Shown piece by piece: positions 26,071-38,612 of a stretch of 64,000 nucleotides of DNA. Location: positions 62,498,001 to 62,562,000 of the forward strand of contig NW_024704742.1 in NCBI RefSeq assembly GCF_018977255.1, in the 5' to 3' direction. Made by a program: the position numbers and the translations under genes. How positions within the stretch are numbered: position 1 is the stretch's first letter; each line of letters starts with the position of its first letter. Below the pieces are notes generated by a model. It was not told the DNA's origin. It saw only the letters and a list, made by a program, of their open reading frames with translations, and did not search any database. This stretch comes from Callorhinchus milii. Taxonomy: Eukaryota.

Positions 26071-26994
26071 GCACACAGCAATGTCTCACAAATTTGAAGC
26101 GAATAATCTATTTTATAGGGAATTGCTAGCAAGGACACCAGGAAAAAAAACTCCCTTGTCATTTCAAGTCGTGCCATGGGATCTTTAACATTCACTCATT
26201 TTAACTTCTCATCTGAAGGATGGATGAGGCAGTACTATTTATGATAGTACATTTCTCTCAAGCTACCCAGTAATGGCATTAGTAGGCATTGTTGTTTAAA
26301 AGTACATCTACATGACATTTTTGACCATGCCAATCAATTCCTCATTGACAGCTTGCTTTTGTTTTGTATTTGAACACTTGAATGATTTACCAAAATCAAC
26401 TTGTCAATGGGGTGATCTTCAAATCACCAACTAGGTTAAATCTTCAGATTCAGAGCTCAGTGCTTCCATTTTCAAGCAAATCTGATCCCTTTCGCTTTAA
26501 GACAGTAGTGACAACCGTATGATTAAACTAACTTGTCCCATAGTGATTTGGGGCTCTCAAAACCTCCAGCACCATAGCTAGGTTAACAGGAGCACAGTGC
26601 TAGCCTGGGGCTTAATTTCACGGCTGCTGTAGATTCAGTTATTTCCCATATTCGCTGCTTGTTCCGCATTAGGTTGTGCTGTAGAAATGCTGCATATGTG
26701 ATTTCTGCTGTTACGGCCCAGAAAACATTCATCAAAAGGTGACTTGATTGCACACTGCTGTGACGAACTGTGTGACTGTGCATGGCAGGAGGCTGTTCAT
26801 CCTGTGTAGAGATGTTGATCTCAACCAGGCTGCCCAGAGGAAGGAACATAGTAGAAACTATAGTCTTTCTCAGGCAGAAGGAAAGTCAGAGGATGTGTCA
26901 ATGGGGTCAACTTTATTGTGTAGAAATACATTGTATTTTGATTCAATAAGGTGTTGTTATGTTTGAGAGTCTTTATTCCCAATTCATCGCTTTA

Positions 26995-27275
26995 TTAAAA
27001 GAGTTTAGTACTCTGGCCTGAACCATCCTTAACGGCAACTTTTTCCAGTTGTTAATTGCCCTCTAAGTAAAGAAATACTTCCTGGTGTCTGTCCTAAAAT
27101 TGCCCTTTACAACTCTAAATTTAACAACTCCATGTCCTCTTGTTCTACTGTCTTGGTGTATCCTGAATTATTGTTCTGAGTTTACTTTCTTAATCCCATT
27201 TAAAAATTTATACACCTCTGAGTTCTCCTCTGAGACATCTGATTTCAAAACTAAAGAGCCCCAGACTGTCATACT
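26995..27275 (-). mobile_element. CR1 LINE 3' fragment
   Basis: ttccagttgttaattgccctctaagtaaagaaatacttcctg...ccatgtcctcttgttcta (antisense ORF2 C-terminus). Confidence 0.6.
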
Positions 27276-28837
27276 TTGCTCTGGCGGAAGATGATACCAT
27301 TAAGAGATTGAACCAGAGGTTGACCTATTACTCGGCCATACAGTTGGGATATTCTTCAGAAATACATTAAATAAATATAAGGGCTGGGGAATTAATTTAC
27401 TACATTTTTTATAATTCTTGTCATAGCCAGAGCATTGTATGAAGTGATAATTTGCTAGAAATTACATCCAGGGAGGCCTTCTTGGTTCAATGAGTACATT
27501 CCGGTGCTAGATCAACCACTGGAGCTAACTACTATAATCCCAATTCCTTGTACTTTCCCCATACCTTTTATATTCTCAAATGTTTATCAAATTTCCCTTA
27601 ACATGTATTCATCACCAAACTATCAGAGTGTTGGTAGGGGGCATAAGGAGCTTAGTGTAACATAACATTTGGGAAAAACACAGTGACCTTATTCAGCACC
27701 ACAAAGCACAGACTTGCAAGATATCTTTGGTATGCCTTATAATTGGCCGCACACGTGCACAAGAGACTGCAACTGATAAAATGTTCCTTTGTGAACCGAG
27801 CAATTTATGGACTGTGGCTCACTTTGAATCAAAGCAGAATCAAAATCATTCAGTGCTCGGTACCACTGTTCCCTTCATAAAGTGATCTTATTTTAAGTCT
27901 CCAAGGTCAATACATAAAGATAGCAAAACTGCCAAGAAATACAATCAGCATTAAGGAATAAATAAACATCGGCCCGCTATGAATAAACACTGAAACAATC
28001 AGTAAATATTCCCAAGGCAGAACATGTTCACTGGGACCTATCTCTGAATGGATATTAAAGCCATTTAGGTGAACACAAACAAGTACCAGCACACCTACAG
28101 AATAAATGTAACAAGCTTCATTTCATAATGGAAAAAAAGGAGACAAGCTTCCAATTTGAGGCTGATAAACACAAACCCAGTACTTGAGATAAAAGTAATT
28201 TAAGTCAATAAATTAATCAGTCTCTTATGTTTGGTAGAACTATAGCGTTTGATCTTTCCTGTATCACCGAAACCAATAGCCTCTGCTCCCCAGTGGATTT
28301 CTGATACAGCAATTTCTTTGCATCGAATCTCTTAAAGCATCAGTTTTGGTTCTATTAACAAAGAACAAATAGACATGGGTTTTCAAGATTAGGCAATATA
28401 AGGCAAGAAATCAAAGCCTATTACATGGAGCGTACAGCTAGCCATTGTAAATGAACGCAATCCATCAACAGATAAATATTTACTCTGCAGAAAGGCGGAC
28501 AACGTCAACGCAAACGGGCATCCCACAGGTTGTGGTTTACATTTAAGCATCAAGATTTCCATTGGCTTTTACGCCCAGCCTCTGCCGCATGCCAAATCGA
28601 TATATAAAAAAAGCACATTATAAATCCTGTCTGAGGTGCATGATTTTGAAACGATTCACGACACAGCCTGACTGTCAGCAAATCGATTTTCACCACTGCG
28701 GTACAAACCCAGTGGGTGAGGATCAATCCTCCACTCAGAAAATTGTTCCTTTAAGTTCTCAAGTGCTCAAAAGTGTTTTTAAAGGAACCATTTTTACACA
28801 TCACATACTTGACATAATACTCGGAAACAGTATTGCT

Positions 28838-29270
28838 GTCAGCCTGGCTCAATTGGTAGCACTCTCGCCTTTGAGTCAGAAGGTTGTGGGGTCAAGCCTG
28901 ATATCAGGACCTTGAGCTCACAAGCCTAGGCTGACACTCAATACAGTTCTGGGGTGTGTTGCATTAACGGAGATGGTGTCCTGCGGATCAACCATTAAAC
29001 TGAGGTCCTGTTTGCCTGTTGAGGTGGACATTAGAGATCCCATGACAGTAATCAAAAAGACAAAGGTATGTGTCCTGGCCAACAATTTCCCAGATTAAAT
29101 TGGTGAATCTTTACATGACTGTTTGTGGTACACTGTTGGCTACTAATTGACTGTTGCTTTTGCCTACAAATGGACAGTCACTACACTTTACAGTAAAATC
29201 CCGTGAAGCTCTTTGAGATGTCTTGTTGAAGTAATAAGGCACTTTATGAAATGCAAGGATTAGTATTATT
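28838..29270 (+). mobile_element. Near full-length type-B DeuSINE-like element
   Basis: tRNA-derived head, central aggtggacattagagatcccatg...gtgtcctggccaac domain, tail aaatgcaaggatta. Confidence 0.88.
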
Positions 29271-29923
29271 CTGCTACGAGTCAAAAATTGCTGTAGTTCT
29301 TGCCAGGACATCACTCACAATGATTGCCGGTATAATTGTAACTGGGCATTCTGACAGTCACAGCTGCAAAGTTTCAAATCAGCACAACTGGAAGTGGCAA
29401 ACCAAATAGTTTCTTGTCAGGAGCTAAGCTGTAATAATTGTCGGTCGACTTCACAAGGATGGGTGTTGCCAATCTTCAGGAGCAATGGATGCTCAGAGAG
29501 AACTATTTGTGCTCCCTTTTGTTGATAATAGAAATCACGGCTATCCTACAACACAGGAGGAGGTCATTCAGCCTATCATAACTTATTCACTTTGCAGACA
29601 GCATTTTATCCATTAAAGTACAGAAACTCACCCCCTTTGTCTCTTGTGAGTTATCACAGCAGCCCACTCACCGGATATAAATTGTACCCCGTGCCTTCTC
29701 ATTATGCATCTTCTGTATAAATTATACTTTAATAGTTTTTACAAGGTATTTGCATCTGAGCGATGGTGTAATTATCACTTACAATGAAATATAACTATTT
29801 ACCATCATTGCTTCTATTCTATGTAATTATCAATCAATAAATGACACTCCATGGAGAAAAATTTAAATTATTTGATTGAGGAGCTCTATCCCAGCTCCCT
29901 TTTTAAATTTCTTCTCTCTGCAG

Positions 29924-29959
29924 CTATTGCAGATGAAAATATTCAGTCTAAACTGACAG
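29924..29959 (+). other. Candidate 36-nt symmetric micro-exon, (A)IADENIQSKLT
   Basis: Pyrimidine-rich acceptor tttcttctctctgcag; weak donor AG|gtgctt; TGCATG at 29965; peptide not recognised. Confidence 0.15.
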
Positions 29960-32009
29960 GTGCTTGCATGCAAACGGCGAATGCATAATGGAAACTTTTG
30001 ACTGATTTTTCCATCGAGCAAAAAAAGGGATAGTGAATCGATTCGCACTTCATTTTAACGTAGCTGTTGCAAAGTTGTTCTACATGAAGGAAGTTAGTCC
30101 AATTTGCCTAAAAGTATATTTTACTCTGACAACACAAACTACACAGAAAAAGTCACTTGTGGTTGATGGTTTCAGACCCAGACATTTATGTAGATGTCAG
30201 GATTAAAAATTGTGATGTGTGATTCAACAAGCCTTGATTTCAATACTGTGCAGGGTAGGGAAGAGCAAATATGGTGTTCTAATTGAAGACAGAAGAGTTG
30301 AAAGAAGCAACGACCTGAAGCAAGAATAGCAATATAAGTGGAGTTTAAAAAATAGCCAGTAATGTGCTCCACTTCCTCTCAGTTTACTGTTGTATGGCTT
30401 CTTTAACAATTGTTGGTAATTTGATAGCAGTCTACACATAGGTATTAATTGAACTGTAAATGAAAATAAGAAGGTATCACCCTTGAAAGGACCACTTATT
30501 CATGGTCCATCTTTCCATGGGTTAAGCTTTGTTAGAGTGAGTGTAGTGTAGCATTACATTGTATATACCCTACAACCTTCAAGCAGAAGGTTTTTAGAGA
30601 TGATAGTGCTCATTTGATTTCCTTGAAAAGGGTGTAAATTTAACTGGATTGAAAGCCAGAACCCATTGGTCCCAAGTCAAGTACAATCGACTTGGGATAT
30701 ACACGCATTCTACAGCAACATTGCTCTTATATCATAAGATCTATTCCTTCTGCAACTGTGCAGGCTGTCATTTATTAGGTTATTTTTGCACAAGTAATCT
30801 TCCTATTTTTTTCTAATGATTGACTCCAACAGTTTCCCAATTATCAAGGTCAGGTTAATGTCTGCATGTTGCTAGGTATGGTTCTGTCACTTTTTTGAAT
30901 ATGTGAACCACAGTCTTGTGGGCAATAATTGACCCGACAAGCCAACAATTGTTGGAACTTTGGGCCTTTGATGTCCTTCTATATAATTATATATAATCTG
31001 AAGCAGACTATGGTGAAAAGTGTGATATTTGTTTTTACATAATTAGCAGTCCTGGCAATGTCCCAGTCAGTGACTTGTGATCATCCCCTATTCAATTGGT
31101 TGAGATCAGAGACATTAGTGACAGCCACTGAACAAGGCAGTGGTGCTTTTGAATTTGCTGTTCCAAGCTCATTAATAACAGTCCCAACTTTTGAAGTCTC
31201 CTTACATAACTCTGATCTCTCATCCCTCATATCATATCCTGACTGTCTGCTGCACTTGTCCAATGTGGTAATGTCCTAAAGCCTGTCTTGAGATGAAATG
31301 TTTCAGAAGGTTCTGAAGTGCAGCTAACCTAAATAAAACTTGCCTTCATTAAAGCAGTATCACACCAGCTCTTAGCAACAGTCCAGCAATTGTAGGGAGG
31401 TCGGAGCCTGCAAGCTTCCAATTACCACCACTAAATAAACAATTACACTTATTTCTTCTTATGCTTCTGCTAAAACAAATTGTTAAGGAACTTTGCAATG
31501 TGGGCCTAGTTACATAAATGCATGAACATCTCTGTTAGTTACTCCATGTGGAATTAATCGTCTTCTTTCACTGTCTCATTAAAAATTCTCAATTACATGT
31601 TACCGTATATCAGATTCTCCCACATGGACTGTTTCTTGTCTATTTAAGTCAACTTAATCAAGCGTAGGACATTCTTCTGAAAATATATGACATCAATGTG
31701 TACATATGCATCCTGGCAGTTTTTTTTTAATGATCACAACCCAAAGATTTAAATGGAGAACCATTATTCAACTACACACACAAAAAATCTCAGCAGTTGC
31801 TTCAGGTTATCATTTCCACATCAAATTCTTTGCCACCTCATTTCAAAGCAAAGATGCCTTATGTTAGGTTTTATGAAATAATTTGTGAATCATTGTGTAG
31901 TTGTGTATCAACTAGGGATATTTTTAATCAATAGAGCATTTGTTTTCTTAAACTTGTTTTTAAACAAAACAATCGGCATTCTTTTTGCCCCTTCATTTTC
32001 AGTTTGATT

Positions 32010-32320
32010 TTTTTTGTTCAGCCGGGTGTGTGACACATGCGGAAACCCATCACCATGCTTACGAGTATCCAAACCAGATAGAGTTCCATGAATGCCGTGC
32101 ATGCCATATGGAAATCCTGTGTACAGGATGCACACTCTCTCCCTGGAGGGATGCACTCTGTTTACCTAATTCTGGTAATTAGGATTAGTTACTAATCCTA
32201 GTTACTAGGATTAGGTTGGCAAGAGCCAAGTTTTGTGGAGCCTTTTGTGTGCTAGGGTAATGCTGGAGTTTAATCACCTAAAACTTAATCATCTGAAGCT
32301 TGCCAAAAAGAGCACTGGAT
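32010..32320 (+). mobile_element. Long-TIR element family, partial copy
   Basis: Arm plus internal segment homologous to 45697-46218 and 62741-63030. Confidence 0.75.
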
Positions 32321-33647
32321 TCTGCCACATCAATGGAGTTTTAATGCAACAAACATTCGGGAACTGCACAGTACTAGGTCAGTATGCAAAGAATGGTGCA
32401 GACTGCATTGTAAAACTCAGGACATCATTGCCAGCTCACAAGATGCACTAGATTGCTGAGGAGGAGGATGCAGTCCAGTGGGAAGTTTACTTTAGCTAAA
32501 ATGAGCAGTGATTTATAATCTGTTCTCGCAGTCGGTTTAAATTGCCTGGGTAACTCTGAGCACAATCTGCTTTGCTTCTTGGCTCTGCCAATGAAGGTGT
32601 TGGAATATTTTAAACTGCTTTTGGTTTGGCTGACATTCGGGATACCTTGCAGTGAGAGGGGATTAACAGAGATTTAGGATCTCACACAGAATGGTCTCAC
32701 ATGCCTGGCGAAACTCCATCACACTTTAACTTGAGGCCCCTTCGATACAAGGAGGGTCCTCTGGTCAACAATGCATATGGTGTGGTGTCACTCCTGCAGT
32801 AGAGGAAACATCAGAGTCCATGGGGCAGAGGGAACTGTAAGTGGTAATATTCCTTCTGTTTGATTTGCTTTTGCCTGTCCTCTGCCTTCCCCCCCTCCCA
32901 CCCCCACCACACCCCAATAACTCATCATATGTTTTCTGGAGCTGATAATGACAAATTTGCATCTTGAAATCATTTTCATCCATTTCAGAAGCTGAGCAAC
33001 TTGCAAAAGTGCCCAGCTTCCAAATTAACATTTTGCATCAGATAGCCAGGGTTCAATTCACAGTAGAGTATCTGAAAAGCAGATTTACTGGGTTCTTTGA
33101 CCTTCAGATTTCACACTTGAATATGCTATGAATTTCTATAACTGGAAATTATAAACCTGAAAATTGCAATTAACACCATAAATGCAGTTGATGAATATCA
33201 TAAATTATTCCCCAATATTATCACGGCTCAGAAAGAGGGAAAACAAACTCTTCTTTGCACAGGCATAATGGATTGAATGGCCTTCTTCTCAGCTGTAAAT
33301 TTGTAAGGCCTCTGGTTGTTCCTCAATGGATTCCACTTGACAATGCTGTGTTTGCTTCACTTGATGTTTTTATCTTCAAGCCCATTGAATAAGTTTGTTA
33401 CACTTCCAACCTAGTGCCAAAATGTTTATTCATTTTTACATTCTGCATTTTAAAATTGAGCTGCAAATCAATAGAAGGGTTTGGAACTGAATAAATTCAG
33501 TAGACTTGAAAGAATATGGGGCGGAAAATATGATATGTGATCTGATAATTATCAGTGCTAATTATCACAATATTGCATTATTCACACACACACACCTTTT
33601 GACCATAATGTATAGTAAAAAAAATGTTCTTTCCCCTCTGGAACAAT

Positions 33648-34075
33648 ACAACAACAAAAACAACAACAAAATTACATTTATGGAGCGCCTTTCATGTCGG
33701 GAGGACGTCCCAAAGCGTTGAACAGTCAGGTGTCGGGGCCCGAGCATGGGGGAGGGGGGTGGTGTAGGGGTGAGGGGAGGCAGAGAGGTGGGAGGGAGAC
33801 CAAAGGCACGGTTGAAGAGAAAGGTCTTGAGACCGATCTTGAAGGAGGCAAGGGAGGAAGTGATGCAAAGGGACCGCGGGATGGAGTTCCAGAGTGGGGG
33901 GCAGAGAGGCTAAAAGCCCAGCTACCGATGGTAGGGTGGGTCGGGTGGGAGACATGAAGCAGGCCAGAGCCCGATGAACGGAGGGAGCGGGCAGGCTCGT
34001 AGGGAGTCAGCAAGTAAGAGAGGTAGGAGGGGGCAAGGCCATGGATGGCCTTAAATGCTTCAAATAAAAGCTTGA
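33648..34075 (-). mobile_element. L2 LINE 3' fragment
   Basis: AFKAIHGLAPSYLSYLLTPYEPARSLRSS; (CAA)n tail. Confidence 0.92.
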
Positions 34076-34404
34076 CAGACAAGGCAAAGCCTCCTTGCTC
34101 TGAAGGCTAATGGGTCTTAAATTAAGTCTTGAGATACAGTACTTTGATCCAGTTTCCAGTAAAGCTGTCAATACAGCTGAATTACTCAGTAATTGCACCT
34201 GTATGCATTTTTTAAACAATGTAGGAGCTGAAAAGAGATACACTTTCAAGTTACTTGACAAAGACTGTGTTGCGCATGCCTATTGTTCTATGGTTTTATA
34301 TACGCCACAATGTGGCATGAGGCAACACAATTAGAAACAAATGCACAGTATTTATGCATCGGACACCAATACTATGTGTTATTTCCAACCATTATGATTA
34401 CAGA

Positions 34405-35305
34405 ACACATTAATTCTTGCATTTGATATAGCGCCTCATCACATCATTGAGATGTCTCAGTGCGCTTCACAGAATCTTCTCCTCCTACCTACTTACCTCC
34501 CTCCCTACCTTCTTCCCTACCTCCTACCTCCCTCCCTCCCCCTCTCTCTCTCCCTCTCTCCATCTTCTTCTATCTATTATCTATACTAATAAAACAACAA
34601 TGTCTGTCTGCTCTTCAAGAAGAATCTCAATAACCAATTGACGTAGAGGCATGATTTATACTTCATCGGAAAAGTCTTGCATCTGGGAGTGATATGGGCA
34701 TATTTGTTTTCAGGTATCTCCTATCGTTCATGAGTTATTTTCAGTTTTGCATTTTTTGCTGCAGTTACAGCTGGTGACCATCGAGTCAAAGTGGTCCTGA
34801 GTGAGGGATTGTCGGTCACAGAGCAGCGACGTATGTACGCACACACTGCGGTTACACCTGGTGGCCGTGCCGGCTGATCATAGTGCTTTGGCATTCTATA
34901 TCACAAAGCACGCACATAGCCAAGGGGTGAGAACCAAATAAAGAACACAGACAAAGCTAAATTACGGCAACAACAACAAAATTACATTTTTAAAGCACCA
35001 AGTCTTCCCACTGAGTCTTCCCAAAATGAGTTCTCCCACAGGAGTCCTCTAGATGAGTATAGATAAAAATGAAATGTCTGCCTTACTGTCTGTCTGTGTG
35101 CGAATCTACATTTCATATGGATCCTTTGCTTGCAAGCGTAACTGCAACAGGTACAGCTAGTATATTATAAAGTGGATTGACTGTGTATTTTGTGAGCAAA
35201 ACACAGCAACCAATTGTGCACAGTAGTGTCCCACGAACAGTCATGGATTGAGTAACCAAATTATTTTTTCTGGGAGGATTACTATTATCCACCAATCGAC
35301 CAACA
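34405..35305 (-). mobile_element. Type-A SINE 3' half, split by a Helitron
   Basis: 34405-34474 joined to 35161-35305 rebuilds gcgcttcacagaa|tatattataaagtggattgactg, as in uninterrupted copies. Confidence 0.88.
34475..35160 (+). mobile_element. Non-autonomous Helitron, compound (exact ends)
   Basis: Starts TC, ends GGTACAGCTAG, inserted A^T with no target-site duplication; degenerate subterminal hairpin ~35123-35151; TCTATACTAATAAAA-type 5' motif. Confidence 0.82.
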
Positions 35306-35444
35306 GCATATCATGTAGATTATAAAGTAGATTATAAATGTAGGTTCAGAGAGTCACAATAGCATATAAATGCTAGTTGTTTTCTTTCCAAGGCTGGACA
35401 GCCCTAGATTATTTATTTGTTCATCAGCTCATTAGTAGCCTTGG

Positions 35445-35537
35445 GGATCATCCTCATTACTCTCCTCTGCATTGTGGATTATCTTCATTAATCCCTTCTA
35501 CATTGAGGATTATCCTCATTGCTCTCTTCTGCACTGC
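35445..35537. repeat. 3 x 31-bp tandem repeat
   Basis: ggatcatcctcattactctcctctgcattgt / ggattatcttcattaatcccttctacattga / ggattatcctcattgctctcttctgcactgc. Confidence 0.85.
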
Positions 35538-36054
35538 CTCTGATTAAACTATTTAAGAAACTTTACTTCTGGTTTCCATTCTTCCTCATGCTATCTTTTA
35601 CAATTACTTTTACTTTCCTTTTTTTTTCTTAATCCTACTGTTTTCAAAAATAACATTCCTACTTCCTTTTCTCTGCCTCCGTCATCCTACTGTTTGACAG
35701 GGGTTTCATGTAAGCTAAAATCAACTCTTGGCTAAAAACAGGTTTCAAAGGTCACTTTTATAGATAGCCCAGTCACTGACCGAACATTGTAGTTTGACTT
35801 CATCAGATTGTTGGAGTGACTAGGTGATATGACCTTCTTGCAAGGGTTTGACAGCCTGAAATAGTCAGAGTGCTTGACAAGTTAAATTGTCAGTGGTGCA
35901 GAGAGCTGTCAAAACTGCTTACCTCATCAGGAACAGCAAAGGGTAAGCATGGAGATGCAGTTGATAGTGAAGATTAAAGCTTCTTATGCTAAAGGTGCCA
36001 CAGTCACTGACTATGTTGATTTCTTTAGGTGATATAATGAGTTTCTTCTGCCTT

Positions 36055-36340
36055 GTGATTCAGGTAGATGTTAAGGTACCCACTTGCTGTTATTTCAAGG
36101 AAAGAATTGATGTTTTTGCTGGCTTTCCTGACTTATATTCCTTCCTCATATAACTTGCCCCCCAAATTTTGAATTAATTGGCCATTGATCCTATTATCTC
36201 CAGGATGTTACCAGCCTAAATTAGCTGTTGTGTTTGCCGACATAACATCATTCACTTCATTTCAAATTCATCTCATTCTGTAAAGTGCTTTGAGGCATTT
36301 CTTTTCCAAGAAAAGTTTTATATAAATGCAAGTTGTTGTT
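36055..36340 (+). mobile_element. Type-B-related SINE, degraded, with (GTT)n tail
   Basis: ttcaggtagatgttaagg...aaattagctgttgtgtttgcc...tatataaatgcaagttgttgtt. Confidence 0.65.
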
Positions 36341-36384
36341 CATTCAGTGACAATTCATGCATATTCTGAGCTGTGATCTGATAT

Positions 36385-36540
36385 CTGCTGAGACCTGGTT
36401 GAGATAGTCCAAACTAATTTCACTTAAACCGCTTATGTCACCACCAGAGACACAAAGAAGATCATCGCATCAGTCTGAATAGAATTTCAATTCAAGCTCC
36501 AAGCATGAAAGGGTGATGCACTAACTGATTGCACTATACA
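36385..36540 (-). mobile_element. LF-SINE-like 5' fragment, second copy
   Basis: ctgagacctggttgagatagtccaaactaatttcac matches ctgagacctggactgaaactgcccaaactcatttca at ~21379. Confidence 0.5.
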
Positions 36541-38204
36541 ATACTGTGTGCCCCATTTACTTTAATCTGCAACAACTTGCATTTATATTGCACAATCCAG
36601 ACAGGTACACTGGTGTAATGTATAATGTTTAGGTATAATGTTTAGGTACACTGTACAGATGTGGGGCTGAATGCCAAGCAAGGGAAACTAGGGAAGTGGG
36701 AGGTGACTGTAAGAGGTAGGTCTTCAGGTGGGATTTGAAAATAAAGAGGGGGTGAGGCTGAAGGATTAAGGCAGGGTTTTCCAGGGCTACAGTGACATGT
36801 AAAATCTGGTGCATCTAAAACGGGTTTGTATTCCTTGTGAACATACCCTTCCCCAAGACTCGGTACGTAAACTTCAACATCACTTCTGTTTTGTTTCAGC
36901 TTAACCTGAGCAAGTGTAGACACTTGTAAATTGAAGCACTAAAATCAATGTAAATTTAAAAACACCACAAATGTTATTCTAACAGGTTCATTCAGTGTCA
37001 ATTCATGCAGATAAAAAGACAGGAACAGGAGTAGCTCGTTCAGCCTGTTGAACTTGTTTCACTATTTTCACAAATATATGGTCAATTCACTTTACAGCAT
37101 ATTCTGTGAAGCACTTTGAGACATCTAGAAGATGTGAAAAGTCCTATATCAAATGCAAGGATTATTATTATTATTATTTTATTAGATCTGGCAACTTAAT
37201 ACCATTTCCCTGTCCTCGCTTCCCTGTCCTTTTACCATATCTCTTGAAATGTCTACCTACCAAATATTGACCTCCCTTGCTCCAATTCACCCAATAAAAT
37301 CTGTTAATCATTATCTTTAATCATTATCTATTACTAAAAGTGTTTTTTTCCCAAAATGCATCTTTCTTTGCTCATCAGTTAATTAGGCCATTTTAATAAT
37401 GTTGAAAGTCCCTTTTTTAAAAATTGTTTTCATTCAGTTGAAATACTTCTTCAATTAAATCCAATGAATGATTCCGTGAAGGGCAATTCTGGTGATACAT
37501 CTAATTAATAGATATGGTACCGTGACTTTGGCTGAGAGCTTCAATCACAAAAATAGACTCATCAATAGCAATTTCATTTCCAAATCCTGGAAATGTATTT
37601 ATTCCAATTTTAAACATCCACTGTATTCAGTTTTGCCTCAAATCTTTCAGATTAGTTTTTTTTGCGGAAACAAAATAGCTGTGGGTCTTTGCTGAGATCG
37701 CAAAGCAGAGTGCCAAATAAAATAAATGTGGCGAGCAAGAAAGTGACAAAAGTGTCAATTTATTTCAGGGAAGTGTCATATTTAATTCAGATAATGAAAA
37801 TGAGGAATGAGCGGCCATTAAACCAATTCCTCCTTCATTGTATTGCTAAAGAAAGCTTTAGATAGACAGCGGACAACGACCATATTTCTCGGCTTTTTTA
37901 TTGGTCAGAGTCAAATATTCTCTTTATTGTTTATTTATTCATCTAGCTGTTTCTCAGTTTGCCAGAACAGTGCACGTGGGCTGTGTGTCCATTATTGCGC
38001 TCAACACAGTTTCCAGACACTTATCTTTTCAAAGCAGAACTTTCCCCTTTTATATTTCTTTATAATTCTTAATATTTTTTCTTCACTACAAGTTTCCACG
38101 TAACAGAAGTGTGAGAAATGTAGAATTCACTACCCCCTGAAGATGGTACGTCCATTGAAATATCAAAGAAGGATATTAGATGAATATTTGATAGTCAGAA
38201 ATAT

Positions 38205-38562
38205 AAATAATAATAATAATCTTTGCATTTGATATAGCGCTTTATCACATCTTTGAGACATCTCAAAGCGCTTCACAGAATATACTGTGAAGTGAATTGA
38301 CTGTATATTTGTGAGCGATACACTGCAGCCAAATGCACACAGCAGTGTTCCACAAACAGTCGTGGATTGAAGCGACCAAGTTATTATTATTTTCTTTGAA
38401 GGAATTATTACCCCTGGAAAAGCGATCCACCAATCGACTAACAGTCGGGTTCCTGCGTACTGCTAGGTAAACAAGATGTGTGGAGTAAGGAAACTTGCTC
38501 AACATTTCGTCCTGCCGGGAATAGAACCCAGGTCTCTCGCTTGCGAGGCGAGTGCTCTAACT
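38205..38562 (-). mobile_element. Type-A SINE, near full length
   Basis: All modules present; antisense anticodon arm ctcgc-ctcgcaa-gcgag. Confidence 0.92.
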
Positions 38563-38612
38563 GCTGGGATATGACGAACTATCGGGGAAATTGTATTAAG
38601 TTGCAGATCAGC

